From NCBI GenBank assembly GCA_025355565.1, contig JANXZK010000008.1:1-63008 (forward strand): a stretch of 63,008 bases of DNA, written 5' to 3'. This DNA is from a bacterium (lineage in GTDB: Bacteria; Patescibacteriota; Minisyncoccia; Phycocordibacterales; PALSA-1337). The notes beneath the pieces are model-generated. The model ran no database searches and was not told the DNA's origin. It worked only from the letters and a program-made list of their open reading frames with translations. Shown in pieces: positions 28,122 through 38,782 of this stretch (within the stretch, counting starts at the first letter, position 1; each line of letters begins with the position of its first letter). The position numbers were made by a program, and so were the translations under genes.

Positions 28122-28721
28122 CTAAGGCGCAGCGTGGTTCCCACCACCAGGAACTTGTGTCTCTATGTTTGGCGAACTCAAACAATAATTAGTCGGTGCG
28201 TTCGTGGAATAGCAGCTAAAATCATTTGCTGAATCGATATTGTATTGTCTCTTACTATCTGGAACACTATCCTTAGTGATACTGTCATTCTGTACTTCGA
28301 GAGAAGTGTGTAACATGTAACTACGACCATCCGGCGTAGCCTTGTATGCATAGACTTCGGCTGATGTAGAGTTCGGAGGGGTTGGTATCGTCTCGATGAA
28401 ATCAGACATAGAATAATATTGGGTTCCACCAGGCTTCTGTCTACCACAACTCGATGAATCACCACCTTGGCCTACCGTAACGCCATCAGATTGAGGATAT
28501 AGATTGCATCGATCAAAATAAAGTTCGAGTGCCATTTGAATATTACCCAAGTCCGATATCCTCTTTGCATCCCTGGCTTTGGCCTTCGCACCAGACATAT
28601 TGGTAACGATAATACCTGTCAATATGGCGATGATGGCTATGACCACCAACATCTCGATCAAAGTGAAACCGCGATTTGATAAACTTTTTGACAACCCAGA
28701 TGATTTGATAGTGCTTTTCAT
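28122..28721 (-). CDS. type IV pilin
   Basis: From the internal ATG: MKSTIKSSGLSKSLSNRGFTLIEMLVVIAIIAIL. The upstream extension in the track is unlikely. Confidence 0.85.
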   Translation of the reverse strand: MKSTIKSSGLSKSLSNRGFTLIEMLVVIAIIAILTGIIVTNMSGAKAKARDAKRISDLGNIQMALELYFDRCNLYPQSDGVTVGQGGDSSSCGRQKPGGTQYYSMSDFIETIPTPPNSTSAEVYAYKATPDGRSYMLHTSLEVQNDSITKDSVPDSKRQYNIDSANDFSCYSTNAPTNYCLSSPNIETQVPGGGNHAAP

Positions 28722-28858
28722 ATTGTGATTGTTAGACAAACTTTGTAGCTTAGTAAAGTTTTTATGTCGTAATTGTAGCACATTTATGTGACGCATGTGG
28801 TCTACTACCCCACAACCCTTAACCATCTACAAACCCACCCCAGATAGCCCTATACACT

Positions 28859-29620
28859 TTATCGTTTCCAGAAAAATCGGCAGATACTTAGAATGTGCCT
28901 CATTAGAGGTAAACCGATTTTATTTGCGCTTGACCTGGCGTATTCGTGATAGATAGTGGCATCTGGCCAATAGTAAACGGAATATCCATTAAGCTTAGCC
29001 CGATAGCACATGTCCGCATCTTCGTAATATATGAAATACTTATCATCAAATGATCCGGTCAGATCAAAAATACTTTTTCGTACAATAAAACATGCACTGA
29101 TTGCCCACTCTACTACACATGGTTTAGATGCAGAGTTAATAACATCCAGCAACAGGGATTTTTCATACCACTTAGCCCGTGGAAATACTTTCCTCAAGAA
29201 TGTGCCGCGCCACAAGAGAAAAGGAACTGTCGGAAAAGACCTGACTGATTCCTGTATATCTAGATTGGGATATAATAATCTTGGTGCAATGATACCGACA
29301 GTCAAGTTATCGATGAAAAATTGCTTGATTTCTCCAATATTCAATTTACTGATCCACGCGTCATCATCTAGGAACATGATGTAGCTTCGTAAAGATTCTC
29401 GTATTGCGACATTCCGAGCTGCCGCTGGTCCGACGTTTGATACTAGAAAGTTGGTCTTAACATTGTGGCACCCTTTTAAGAATACAACTGTTCCGTCCGT
29501 AGAGCCATTATCAATGACGATTACCTGTGCTTTGGGCAATTTCTCTTGAACTGACGCCACGCACCGCTTGAGTTTATCCAACCGGTTTCTCGTGACTATA
29601 ACTACAGATAAGTCTTCCAT
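28859..29620 (-). CDS. family 2 glycosyltransferase
   Basis: LSVVIVTRNR, VIVIDNGSTDGT, MFLDDDA. The ATG at 29620 is preferred over the TTG at 29662. Confidence 0.85.
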   Translation of the reverse strand: MEDLSVVIVTRNRLDKLKRCVASVQEKLPKAQVIVIDNGSTDGTVVFLKGCHNVKTNFLVSNVGPAAARNVAIRESLRSYIMFLDDDAWISKLNIGEIKQFFIDNLTVGIIAPRLLYPNLDIQESVRSFPTVPFLLWRGTFLRKVFPRAKWYEKSLLLDVINSASKPCVVEWAISACFIVRKSIFDLTGSFDDKYFIYYEDADMCYRAKLNGYSVYYWPDATIYHEYARSSANKIGLPLMRHILSICRFFWKR

Positions 29621-29681
29621 ATGGTTTGCGGCAAAAATCGGGTCTCTACTTGATGCATTCAAAGATTATATCATGTAAGAT

Positions 29682-30536
29682 ATGCCCATGGACAACACAC
29701 GAACAGACCTTGACAAGGTGCCATATAGAATAATAGAACCATCGACTAGATTCAGACCTTTTGTCGAAATTAGAGACATATGGCATCACCGTGAGCTAAT
29801 GTACCTTTTGACATGGCGCGATTATAAAATCCGATATAAACAGACTTTAATAGGTATCGCCTGGGCCATTTGCCAGCCAATTTTAGCAACAATAGCTTTT
29901 GTGGTAGTTTTTGGCAGATTTGGCGATATTACCGACAACGCTATTCCATACATACTCTTTGTATACTCCGGTATGATCATATGGCAATATTTCGCCAATT
30001 CAGTAACCGAATCCAGCGGTTCACTTGTTGCATCGAGACAAATGATCACAAAGATCTATTTCCCCAGGATCATCATCCCACTAGCAAAGATATCAACCCA
30101 ACTCATCGATCTCGTCCCTTCATCAATAATATTACTGATCCTTATGATATATTTTGGGACGATACCTTCTATATCAGGAATCGCACTCGTAATTCCAATT
30201 ATTATTAGCTTAACGCTCACGTCCGCCGGCGTCGGGGTCATATTATCAGCCATCAATGTAAAATACCGTGATGTGCAATTCATCGTTCCGTATTTTGTGC
30301 AATTAGGGTTATTTCTTAGTCCTGTCATTTATTCATCTGTAACTTTGGGGAAATATCACCGATTGCTTCTAATCAATCCGGTCAGCGGTGTGATTGATTC
30401 ATTTCGTGCCGCTATATTTGGAACTGTTTTTCCGATCCAGTCGTTTGCAATATCCTGCGCCATAGCCCTCATATTGGGAATAGTTGGGTTGTATTATTTT
30501 GTGAAATCAGAAAGTGCATTTTCTGATATTATTTGA
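29682..30536 (+). CDS. ABC-2 type polysaccharide export permease (Wzm/TagG-like)
   Basis: 284 aa with 6 predicted TM helices and a conserved YKQTLIGIAWAI start region. Followed by its ATPase. Confidence 0.85.
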   Translation: MPMDNTRTDLDKVPYRIIEPSTRFRPFVEIRDIWHHRELMYLLTWRDYKIRYKQTLIGIAWAICQPILATIAFVVVFGRFGDITDNAIPYILFVYSGMIIWQYFANSVTESSGSLVASRQMITKIYFPRIIIPLAKISTQLIDLVPSSIILLILMIYFGTIPSISGIALVIPIIISLTLTSAGVGVILSAINVKYRDVQFIVPYFVQLGLFLSPVIYSSVTLGKYHRLLLINPVSGVIDSFRAAIFGTVFPIQSFAISCAIALILGIVGLYYFVKSESAFSDII

Positions 30537-30552
30537 TGTAACGATCATCTTC

Positions 30553-31785
30553 ATGAAACCAATCATCGAAATAAATAACCTAGGGAAGAGATACCCTATA
30601 ATCCACGACAAAGTCCGTTATGGAACACTGCGCGACACGATCATGGATTTCGCCAGACATCCGCTTGCCAGGAGAAAGATTCATGAAGATTTCTGGGCAT
30701 TGAAGGACGTTAACCTGAATATCGAAAGGGGTGACATTGTTGGCGTCATAGGCAAAAACGGAGCCGGCAAATCCACATTACTCAAGATTATTGCTGGTAT
30801 CACCAAACCTACCGAAGGCAATGTTAGACTGTATGGCCGCGTCTCTTCCCTACTCGAAGTCGGCACTGGCTTTCATCCTGAATTGACAGGCCGCGAAAAT
30901 ATCTTCTTAAATGGTGTCATCCTCGGCATGACTAGAAAGGAAGTCGCCAAGAAATTTGATGAAATACTTGCTTTTGCTGGCATAGCAAAATTCCTAGATA
31001 CACCAGTTAAACATTACTCTAGCGGGATGTATGTTCGGCTCGCTTTCGCGGTGGCAGCACACCTGGAACCGGATATTTTGATTGTTGATGAAGTTCTGGC
31101 AGTTGGCGATGCAGAATTCCAAAAAAAATGCCTAGGTAAAATGGAAGATATTTCCAAGAAAGAAGGAAGGACGATAATATTTGTTAGCCATAATATGCAA
31201 GCTATAAGATTATTATGTAATAATACATTACTGTTGGACGGTGGTATTTCAAAAGAAGTCGGACCGACTAATACAATAATCGAACTGTATCAGTCAGTTA
31301 ACGAAGAAAGCAACAATCCAGTTATATTCGGCAATAATCATGTTGAAAGCCCTGCACAGATTACAAAAGTGTCCATCTATAATTCGGCAAACGATCTATC
31401 AAATATCTTAAACACTAGCGAGGATTTCAATATAGAGATTGAATATGTAGTCAAACAAAATATGGTAGCATCAACTTTGGTCTTTATAGTATCAAACGAC
31501 GATAATATCATCTTACATTCATCGGAATCGGATGATACAGGCAGGTTGAAACGGTATAAAATCGGACATTATAAAACTCGCATATCGATATCGAAGTATA
31601 CATTCAATGTAGGAAAATTCGAAACAAATATTTCAATCCAAAGACCATGCGTAGACTATATTTGTAAAGTCAATGGACCCAGTTTTGAGATAGTAGGTTC
31701 CAATGACTATAGAGATAAGATATTTGGTGGGCAACATTGGGGCATACTTGCGACAATATTAAAATACAATACAGAATATAGATAA
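30553..31785 (+). CDS. polysaccharide ABC exporter ATP-binding protein (Wzt/TagH-like) with C-terminal extra domain
   Basis: Walker A GKNGAGKST, signature YSSGMYVRL, Walker B LIVDE. About 170 aa of beta-rich C-terminal extension, as in glycan-binding Wzt. Confidence 0.9.
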   Translation: MKPIIEINNLGKRYPIIHDKVRYGTLRDTIMDFARHPLARRKIHEDFWALKDVNLNIERGDIVGVIGKNGAGKSTLLKIIAGITKPTEGNVRLYGRVSSLLEVGTGFHPELTGRENIFLNGVILGMTRKEVAKKFDEILAFAGIAKFLDTPVKHYSSGMYVRLAFAVAAHLEPDILIVDEVLAVGDAEFQKKCLGKMEDISKKEGRTIIFVSHNMQAIRLLCNNTLLLDGGISKEVGPTNTIIELYQSVNEESNNPVIFGNNHVESPAQITKVSIYNSANDLSNILNTSEDFNIEIEYVVKQNMVASTLVFIVSNDDNIILHSSESDDTGRLKRYKIGHYKTRISISKYTFNVGKFETNISIQRPCVDYICKVNGPSFEIVGSNDYRDKIFGGQHWGILATILKYNTEYR

Positions 31786-31830
31786 CAATGCAACCGCTTT
31801 AAGTAGACGCAATATTTTATAATTCACATT

Positions 31831-32682
31831 ATGAATCCTAGATACTCAATAATCACTTGCACAAAAAATAGTGCCAAATATCTTACTGAGACTATCACGT
31901 CAGTAAGATCTCAGACATTTAGCAATTATGAGCATATATTTGTAGACGGTTTCTCTACCGATGGTACAAAAGAAATGATACTTAAATATCAGAAACAAAA
32001 CCCTGAAAGAGTTAAACTATTTCAATTTGAAGCTAATGGAATCACTGATGCAATGAATCTCGGAATCAAGTATGCTGCTGGAGAATACCTTATTCACTTA
32101 CATTCGGATGATTATTTGGATAATCCAGATGTCATCATGGACGTGGACGAGTTCTTACGCACCAACGATAATCCTGACTGGATATATGGAAAAGCTAAAT
32201 ACGTAAATTACAAATCCCAATTCATTAGATTATCAAACTCCACACGATTTAGTCGTTTTAATTCAAATGACTTCCTACGAAGGCAGATGTTAAAATATCG
32301 CGACACTGTCTGCCATCAGTCAGTATTTATTAAAAAAGAAGTATTCAACAGACTTGGGGTATTTGATGAGAAAGATACGGATACTGCAGATTATGATTAC
32401 TGGCTGAGGATCATGAACAAGACAAGATGGTTATTTTTCAATCAAATAACCTGTAATTTTAGATTTCATGAGGATGGGCAAAGTTCTTCTGAGATAAATG
32501 CCGAGCGTATGCATTTCTCTACGATCCTCGCTCAAAAGAGAAATCTGAAATTGATCGAGTTCTACTTCATATTGCCAGCTTTTACTGTCATTTCCTATAA
32601 TCATCAACTAATCAAAAGCATGCTCAAGTCTTTTAGATATTCAATAAATCGAACATATGTCTCAACAAATCATAGAACATGA
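31831..32682 (+). CDS. family 2 glycosyltransferase
   Basis: YSIITCTKNSAKYL and HIFVDGFSTDGT. Confidence 0.85.
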   Translation: MNPRYSIITCTKNSAKYLTETITSVRSQTFSNYEHIFVDGFSTDGTKEMILKYQKQNPERVKLFQFEANGITDAMNLGIKYAAGEYLIHLHSDDYLDNPDVIMDVDEFLRTNDNPDWIYGKAKYVNYKSQFIRLSNSTRFSRFNSNDFLRRQMLKYRDTVCHQSVFIKKEVFNRLGVFDEKDTDTADYDYWLRIMNKTRWLFFNQITCNFRFHEDGQSSSEINAERMHFSTILAQKRNLKLIEFYFILPAFTVISYNHQLIKSMLKSFRYSINRTYVSTNHRT

Positions 32683-33626
32683 AACAGCTATCTATAATCT
32701 TCTCATCAGATAACAATTATGCTCAGCATTTGGGAGTTGCCATTTGCTCACTCTTTGAAAACAATAATGCAAAGAAGATAACAATTTATGTTATAGACGG
32801 CGGCATAAATGATGAAAACTTAAAAAAGCTGTCAGCCATAGAAGATCGTTATAATTTTAAGATCAATTATTTACATGCAAATAAAGACGTCTTCAAAAAG
32901 GCATACTTGAGCAATTATCTGACTGAAGCAGCCTACTACAGGATTTCCATAGGCGAGTTGTTGCCAGATAATATAGACAGAGTATTATACCTGGATTGTG
33001 ATGTCATCATTAAAGGTAATATCGAGAGCATATTTCTACAAACATTTGACAATCACATAGTATTGGCCGGTAACGATCCCGGAATTTACGAGTATAAACA
33101 CCTTTCCATCAAGTCTAGAAGAGACTACTTCAATTCAGGGGTCATGTATATTGATCTTAAAAAGTGGCGCAATGAGAAGATCGGTCAAAAATGTATCGAG
33201 TTCATAAACAAAAATCCTGAAAAAATTATATTGCACGATCAGGATGTGTTAAATGCAGCTCTTATCAATAAGTGGAAACGGCTGCATCCGAAATATAATG
33301 TATTATCTGATTTCTATGACCATCGTGGAGCTGATATATTCACAAAAACAGAAATTCTGGAGGCCACACAAAATCCCGTAATCTTACACTTTAATACATT
33401 TAAAAAACCATGGGACTTTCTCTGTCATCATCCAATGAAAAGTGAGTACCGTAAATATTTAAGTTTTACCCCGTGGGCAAATTACAAGGCTTCAATGCCG
33501 TCAATGATTGGATTTGCCAAGTATTATTATTATAGATATATACCTATCAAAACTAGAATCGGAATAAGGAAATATATTCTTGAACCAACCGGTATACGAA
33601 AGAGGTCAACCAGCAAGCCATTATGA
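32679..33626 (+). CDS. family 8 glycosyltransferase
   Basis: IIFSSDNNYAQHLGV and VLYLDCDVII (DxD). ATGA overlap with the upstream gene. Confidence 0.85.
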   Translation: MKQLSIIFSSDNNYAQHLGVAICSLFENNNAKKITIYVIDGGINDENLKKLSAIEDRYNFKINYLHANKDVFKKAYLSNYLTEAAYYRISIGELLPDNIDRVLYLDCDVIIKGNIESIFLQTFDNHIVLAGNDPGIYEYKHLSIKSRRDYFNSGVMYIDLKKWRNEKIGQKCIEFINKNPEKIILHDQDVLNAALINKWKRLHPKYNVLSDFYDHRGADIFTKTEILEATQNPVILHFNTFKKPWDFLCHHPMKSEYRKYLSFTPWANYKASMPSMIGFAKYYYYRYIPIKTRIGIRKYILEPTGIRKRSTSKPL

Positions 33627-33660
33627 TGATTATCATTTGAAACTACCATTGAACTACTAT

Positions 33661-34977
33661 ATGAAATCGATTACCTCTGGATTCACCATCTTAGCCATTA
33701 TCGACTCCATCAGTCTGACTTTGGCGTTCTCTATATCCATATTTATCCGACAATCGATTTGGATTACCAGGCTTTTTGGGCAGACGAAATATGATACGGC
33801 ACTATATCTGATCTCATTTATCATCGCCACTTTCCTGCTTTTAACTATTTTCTCCTCTTTCAAACTTTACCAGATCCGCAACATCGAGCTTTCCACAAGG
33901 GTATTTACAGTATTAAAGGCATTGCTCATATGGACGCTCATCATCACAATGTGCGTCTATGCCATAAAATTCGATTTCTCACGTTTCATCCTGTTCATGA
34001 CCGTTGTCATCACCGCGATATTCATCTGCCTCGGCCGTTTCGCCTATTTCCGATATAGGCGAAATAGGACGCGCGACATAGATATCGACGTCCATATCAT
34101 CGGCACCGGAGAAAGAGCGAAACATATTGAAAAACAACTCAAGGACAACTTCCCCAGCCTCTCGGTGATCTGTCTAGATCCTAATGATCACAGTATTCTC
34201 CAATTTCTGGCTTCGTTAAAAAGCGATGACATATTTATCGCCGATGAACGCCTTTCGCGCGAACAAGTCATGGAAATTCTCGCGAATGAGAAATTGGGTC
34301 ATCATAGCTTTAGAGTGATACTGGATACATTCAGATTAGTGACTGGTGAAGTCCGACTGACCGATATCGACGATATACCATCCATCGTCCCTGGTCAGCA
34401 ACCAAACCACATATATGTCATCACAAAGAGACTCATTGATATAGTGACCTCCGGACTCGGTATGATCTTTATATTCCCTCTCTGGTTATTGATATCATGT
34501 GCGATCAAACTTGATTCCAGAGGGCCCATCCTCATCAAACAGTCACGGATCGGTTCCGATTGTAGACCATTCACTATGTTCAAGTTCCGAACGATGCGAT
34601 GCGACGCTTCTCTCTACGAATATGCTCCTTATGACGGAGATGACTCACGGATAACCAGAATCGGCAAGATATTACGACGTTTGAGCATGGATGAGCTCCC
34701 CCAGCTCTGGAATATCCTGAAGGGCGATATGAGCCTCGTCGGTCCCAGACCAGAAATGGAGTTCATCGTGAAAGAATACGAACCATGGCAAAATACGCGC
34801 TTAAAGGCCAAACCGGGCCTCACAGGCCTATGGCAGATCCTTGGCAGAAAGGATATTCCCCTTCATGAAAACCTCGAGTATGATTTCTACTATGTGTGTA
34901 ACAGGAATCTCACACTAGACACGATCATCATGTTAAAGACCATTCCGGCAGTATTATTTGGTCGAGGAGCTTATTGA
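33661..34977 (+). CDS. polyprenyl-phosphate glycosyl-1-phosphate transferase (WbaP/Bac_transf family, initiating enzyme)
   Basis: N-terminal TM bundle. C-terminal KRLIDIV...PFTMFKFRTM...DELPQLWNILKGDMSLVGPRP. Confidence 0.9.
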   Translation: MKSITSGFTILAIIDSISLTLAFSISIFIRQSIWITRLFGQTKYDTALYLISFIIATFLLLTIFSSFKLYQIRNIELSTRVFTVLKALLIWTLIITMCVYAIKFDFSRFILFMTVVITAIFICLGRFAYFRYRRNRTRDIDIDVHIIGTGERAKHIEKQLKDNFPSLSVICLDPNDHSILQFLASLKSDDIFIADERLSREQVMEILANEKLGHHSFRVILDTFRLVTGEVRLTDIDDIPSIVPGQQPNHIYVITKRLIDIVTSGLGMIFIFPLWLLISCAIKLDSRGPILIKQSRIGSDCRPFTMFKFRTMRCDASLYEYAPYDGDDSRITRIGKILRRLSMDELPQLWNILKGDMSLVGPRPEMEFIVKEYEPWQNTRLKAKPGLTGLWQILGRKDIPLHENLEYDFYYVCNRNLTLDTIIMLKTIPAVLFGRGAY

Positions 34978-36822
34978 TTTGTTTATCTCCTCTATTTTTG
35001 TTTTATAATCTTTCAAAATCTTTAGATTTTCGCTCATTACCGATGAATTTGGGTCATTCTTGTACCAGAGGACAGTTTCGTAATGAGAATATATAGGGAC
35101 AACTCTATTAATATAATCCCATGCTTCCTTATAATTCCTGCGCTCGAAATCGTATTTGATCAACTTTACATATGTTGACAAACTGTTGGCCGGAAAGTAC
35201 TTGATATTGCTGACTAACGCATCGTGATAGCCGATACCATCAGTGGTACTTCCAAACCCCTCGTACGTAGTCGCTAAGTAGCCGTAAAATGTGCCGTTTT
35301 TCGGGAAAATAGATATAGCCTTCTTTATAGCAACCAATGCGTCTGCCGGCATTTCCTCACTCATATACAAATTCCAAAGGCTATACCAAGGAGCAGGATC
35401 GTACGGATTCAGATCTGCCGAAGCCTGATAACTTTCTACGGACACATCGACACGCTGTTTGGTGAAATACAGATAATCCCCATCCCTTCTCGTGCTATCA
35501 GCGCGGAACAATTGGAAAGAAGCTAGTACTGCTATCAAAAGCACAATTAACATTACAACATCTACCCACAAGGAATAGCTCCTCGCTGTTGTATTTTTTG
35601 TTTCATTTGCATCCAAAACACTTCCATATAGAGCACCTGCGAAACAAAAGAAAACCGGTAGTAGAATACTATAGCTCCAATCCATGTCCATAAGTCCGTG
35701 AAATACACTCCCAAATAGACCCACGAACACAATAGAATGAAACCAAGAAAGCTGTTTCTGGCGACGGATCATTCTCCACATTTCCCAAAATAGCGTACCC
35801 AAAAAGGCCAGGAAAATGACCGCAACCACGATTCCATTCTCTACTAACATTCTCAGAAACCAATTATGAGGATCCGCGAACGAACCGTAATTCGGGTCCA
35901 TTTTAAACATTCGAAGAGCGTAAGGATATGTTCCGCCTCCGAAACCAAAAATAGGTCTTTGAATAAAGGTGGCCAATGCATCACCAAAATAGTGGAGACG
36001 CGACACAAAGGCATTATTGTCGGCATCTTCATTCGAAAATACTTGGGCCGCCGGTTTCTCAATAGAAGTTCTAACTGTATTTCGTTTTGCTGCAAACCAT
36101 ATACCACTCACTGATATTACCGCAATCAATATCACTAAAACATATGTTTTCCATGTAGTCCGAATTAGCTGCCAGGTAATATACCCTTTGGACACAAAGA
36201 GAAAAAGTGCGAGTCCGACCACGATCGATAACCAAGTTCCGCGAGAAAAAGTCAGAACGATGTTGGATAGGATAATTGAGGTAGCAACTATCCAAAGACT
36301 TTTTTTCCAAATTACGTGTTCTTTGATTGCGAAATAGCCACTCAGAAAAAGTGGCAGGATTAGAAAAGCGCCGTAGATATTGTGTCCTGCTGATAAGCCG
36401 CTGAGACGAGTATATGATGACAAACCAATAACTGTAAATAGATATGCCATGCAAACAGAATATATCGTTGCAAGTACCGCAAAGACCTTTGCTATAATTT
36501 CCAATAATCTCCTATCCGAGGCAAAGCATTGAGCCGTTATAAATATGGCCATGTATGATAACCACCATAATACATTTTCTATTGAGTGACTCTTTGCTAG
36601 TGAAAATGGTATAAGGATGATTAGAGTTACTATAAACAGGAAAAAGGACACATTAGGGACAGTTCTTCTAATCAAAGCCCTTGAATGGAGAACAGCCAAT
36701 AGTCCTAACGTTCCTATAATGACCGACAATAGCAAACCATATTGAATCCAATAGCTACTGAATATAAAGCATGAGATCATCTGCAAACACAATATAATAT
36801 ATAACATCTTCTTCATGGTCAT
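34954..36822 (-). CDS. O-antigen ligase/polymerase-like (Wzy_C) polytopic membrane protein with C-terminal TPR-like domain
   Basis: 622 aa with at least 10 TM helices. Has the FSRGTWLSIVVGLALF region typical of Wzy_C. About 200 aa of soluble helical-repeat C-terminus. Immediately downstream of a pilin gene. Confidence 0.8.
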   Translation of the reverse strand: MTMKKMLYIILCLQMISCFIFSSYWIQYGLLLSVIIGTLGLLAVLHSRALIRRTVPNVSFFLFIVTLIILIPFSLAKSHSIENVLWWLSYMAIFITAQCFASDRRLLEIIAKVFAVLATIYSVCMAYLFTVIGLSSYTRLSGLSAGHNIYGAFLILPLFLSGYFAIKEHVIWKKSLWIVATSIILSNIVLTFSRGTWLSIVVGLALFLFVSKGYITWQLIRTTWKTYVLVILIAVISVSGIWFAAKRNTVRTSIEKPAAQVFSNEDADNNAFVSRLHYFGDALATFIQRPIFGFGGGTYPYALRMFKMDPNYGSFADPHNWFLRMLVENGIVVAVIFLAFLGTLFWEMWRMIRRQKQLSWFHSIVFVGLFGSVFHGLMDMDWSYSILLPVFFCFAGALYGSVLDANETKNTTARSYSLWVDVVMLIVLLIAVLASFQLFRADSTRRDGDYLYFTKQRVDVSVESYQASADLNPYDPAPWYSLWNLYMSEEMPADALVAIKKAISIFPKNGTFYGYLATTYEGFGSTTDGIGYHDALVSNIKYFPANSLSTYVKLIKYDFERRNYKEAWDYINRVVPIYSHYETVLWYKNDPNSSVMSENLKILKDYKTKIEEINKSISSSTK

Positions 36823-36870
36823 GATTATAACATCTCCTGCATTATGATCCTTTGTACATCACGATGATAC

Positions 36871-36900
36871 AAATCTACCCACCATTTGGTGGGTAGATTT
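36871..36900 (-). terminator. stem-loop after the pilin gene (probable partial terminator)
   Basis: AAAUCUACCCACC-AAAU-GGUGGGUAGAUUU on the minus strand, 22 nt after the pilin stop. Confidence 0.5.
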
Positions 36901-36922
36901 GGTCGAACTGATACGAGACTGC

Positions 36923-37378
36923 CTAATACACACAAGCCGTTGTAGGAATCACTAATGCAATCGAGGCTTGTGCAGACACACCTGATGCTCCAGTACTATC
37001 AACGCACCAATATTTTCCTGTAGACAATGGTGCGGCTGCTGCCCAACTAGCACCAGCTGACGGAGCTCCCGTAGAGACACAGCGGGTATTAGTCAACGTA
37101 AGATTACTAAGAAGAGTTCCTAGCCCGTTATTAGCTGTATCGAACAAGGTGCCGGATGATGCAGCTGCTGGACACGTGTTAACTGTAAAGATGGCTCCTG
37201 CTCCTGTATATAATTCTGCCTGAGCTCTCATGCTCGTGAATTGTTCCTGTATCTTTGCATCCTGACCCTTCCCTCTTGCACTTCCCAAACTCACGAGAAC
37301 AACCGAAGCCAAAATACCGATAATAGCGATAACCACGAGCAATTCGATCAATGTGAAACCTCTTGTGTACTTTTTCAT
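36923..37378 (-). CDS. type IV major pilin
   Basis: 151 aa. MKKYTRGFTLIELLVVIAIIGILASV. C-terminal Cys pair. Confidence 0.9.
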   Translation of the reverse strand: MKKYTRGFTLIELLVVIAIIGILASVVLVSLGSARGKGQDAKIQEQFTSMRAQAELYTGAGAIFTVNTCPAAASSGTLFDTANNGLGTLLSNLTLTNTRCVSTGAPSAGASWAAAAPLSTGKYWCVDSTGASGVSAQASIALVIPTTACVY

Positions 37379-37539
37379 TTTTATACTTTGCGGAGGCCAT
37401 ACCTCCGTCTATTATTATTAATAATCGTTAATAAATACTATCCATTAACCAACGACCTTGAATCTAAGGTTGTTACGGATAATTATAGCACTATACCGAT
37501 ATATAGTGCTCAAATGCACCTGTGGATAACAAAACCAGG

Positions 37540-38751
37540 CTACTGCGCACTGGCTATATTGTAGATAGGCATGAGGACGGAAGCTAGGAGTACCGCCACT
37601 CCCCCGCCTAACATCACGATCATCGCCGGTTCGATCAAGGAAACCAAGGAATCGACAGCAGTGGTGACTTCACGAGTATAGAAGCGAGCCATGGTCTTCA
37701 AGATCGAGCCAACTTCACCAGTCTCCTCACCGACTTTGATCATTTGCACCATGATACCGGGGATCTGGCCGGGATTGTTCGAGAGAGATTCGGATAGAGT
37801 CTTGCCGCCTTTCACCGAATCAACCGCAGTGGCGAGAATAGTCTCGTAGACTTTGTTATTGATGACACTGGACGTGAGTTCGAGCGCGCGCACTATCGGG
37901 ATACCGGAGATGAGCATGGTATTCATATTGTCGGAAAGTCTGGACAGGTACAATTTTCGATATAGAGAGCTGATGTATGGAACTCGGAGCTTGAAATGAT
38001 CAAATGCGTATTTGCCAGCAGGCGTTCGGATGAATCTGATGACCAAGAATCCCGCTATGATAAACAATCCTAGGAGGATGAAGCCGTAACTAACGAGGAA
38101 GTTGCTGATACCCATGATGATCTTCGTATAGACCGGGATCTCCGCGCCTGAGTCAGAGATGATGCCGCTGATCTTCGGGATGACCATGGTGAACATGAGG
38201 ATCATAACGACCACGAATGTGACGACGACGAAGGCGGGATAGACGAGGGCGCCACGGACTTTGGAAGACAACTCGTAAGTTCTGTCCATATAATCAGCCA
38301 GATAAGCGAATGTCTCATCGAGTTTACCTGATTCCTCACCGGCTTTGACCATGTTCGTATAGAACGGTGTGAAGATCTTTGGATGTTTTGCCAAAGCCCC
38401 GGAGATAGAGTTACCGCCCTGAATGTCATCAGCGATGATGGTCAATTTGTTCCCTAGAGTGCGATTCTCGGCCTCACCCGCGAGCAGTCGGAAGACGCGC
38501 AGAGCAGAAACTTGCGCTTCGAACAGGGTTGAAAGCTGTCTCGAGAGGATGACTACATCTTTCGATGACACTCGATCAAAGAAAGAGATGTTCTTTGATA
38601 AGAAAGATGACGGCGTACCAGCTTCCTTGACCGAAGTCAGCGTCAGTCCCCTCCTTTGGAGAGATGAGATAGCAACATCAACATTGATGGCATCAACGGC
38701 GCCATTTTTCTTGGCTCCAGTTTCGTCGACAGCTTCGTAGTTGAATAACAT
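37540..38751 (-). CDS. pilC: type IV pilus platform protein (GspF/PilC family)
   Basis: 403 aa with two T2SSF repeats and 3 TM segments. Confidence 0.9.
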   Translation of the reverse strand: MLFNYEAVDETGAKKNGAVDAINVDVAISSLQRRGLTLTSVKEAGTPSSFLSKNISFFDRVSSKDVVILSRQLSTLFEAQVSALRVFRLLAGEAENRTLGNKLTIIADDIQGGNSISGALAKHPKIFTPFYTNMVKAGEESGKLDETFAYLADYMDRTYELSSKVRGALVYPAFVVVTFVVVMILMFTMVIPKISGIISDSGAEIPVYTKIIMGISNFLVSYGFILLGLFIIAGFLVIRFIRTPAGKYAFDHFKLRVPYISSLYRKLYLSRLSDNMNTMLISGIPIVRALELTSSVINNKVYETILATAVDSVKGGKTLSESLSNNPGQIPGIMVQMIKVGEETGEVGSILKTMARFYTREVTTAVDSLVSLIEPAMIVMLGGGVAVLLASVLMPIYNIASAQ

Positions 38752-38782
38752 AAGTATGAATGATTATAACTCGTATATGACC

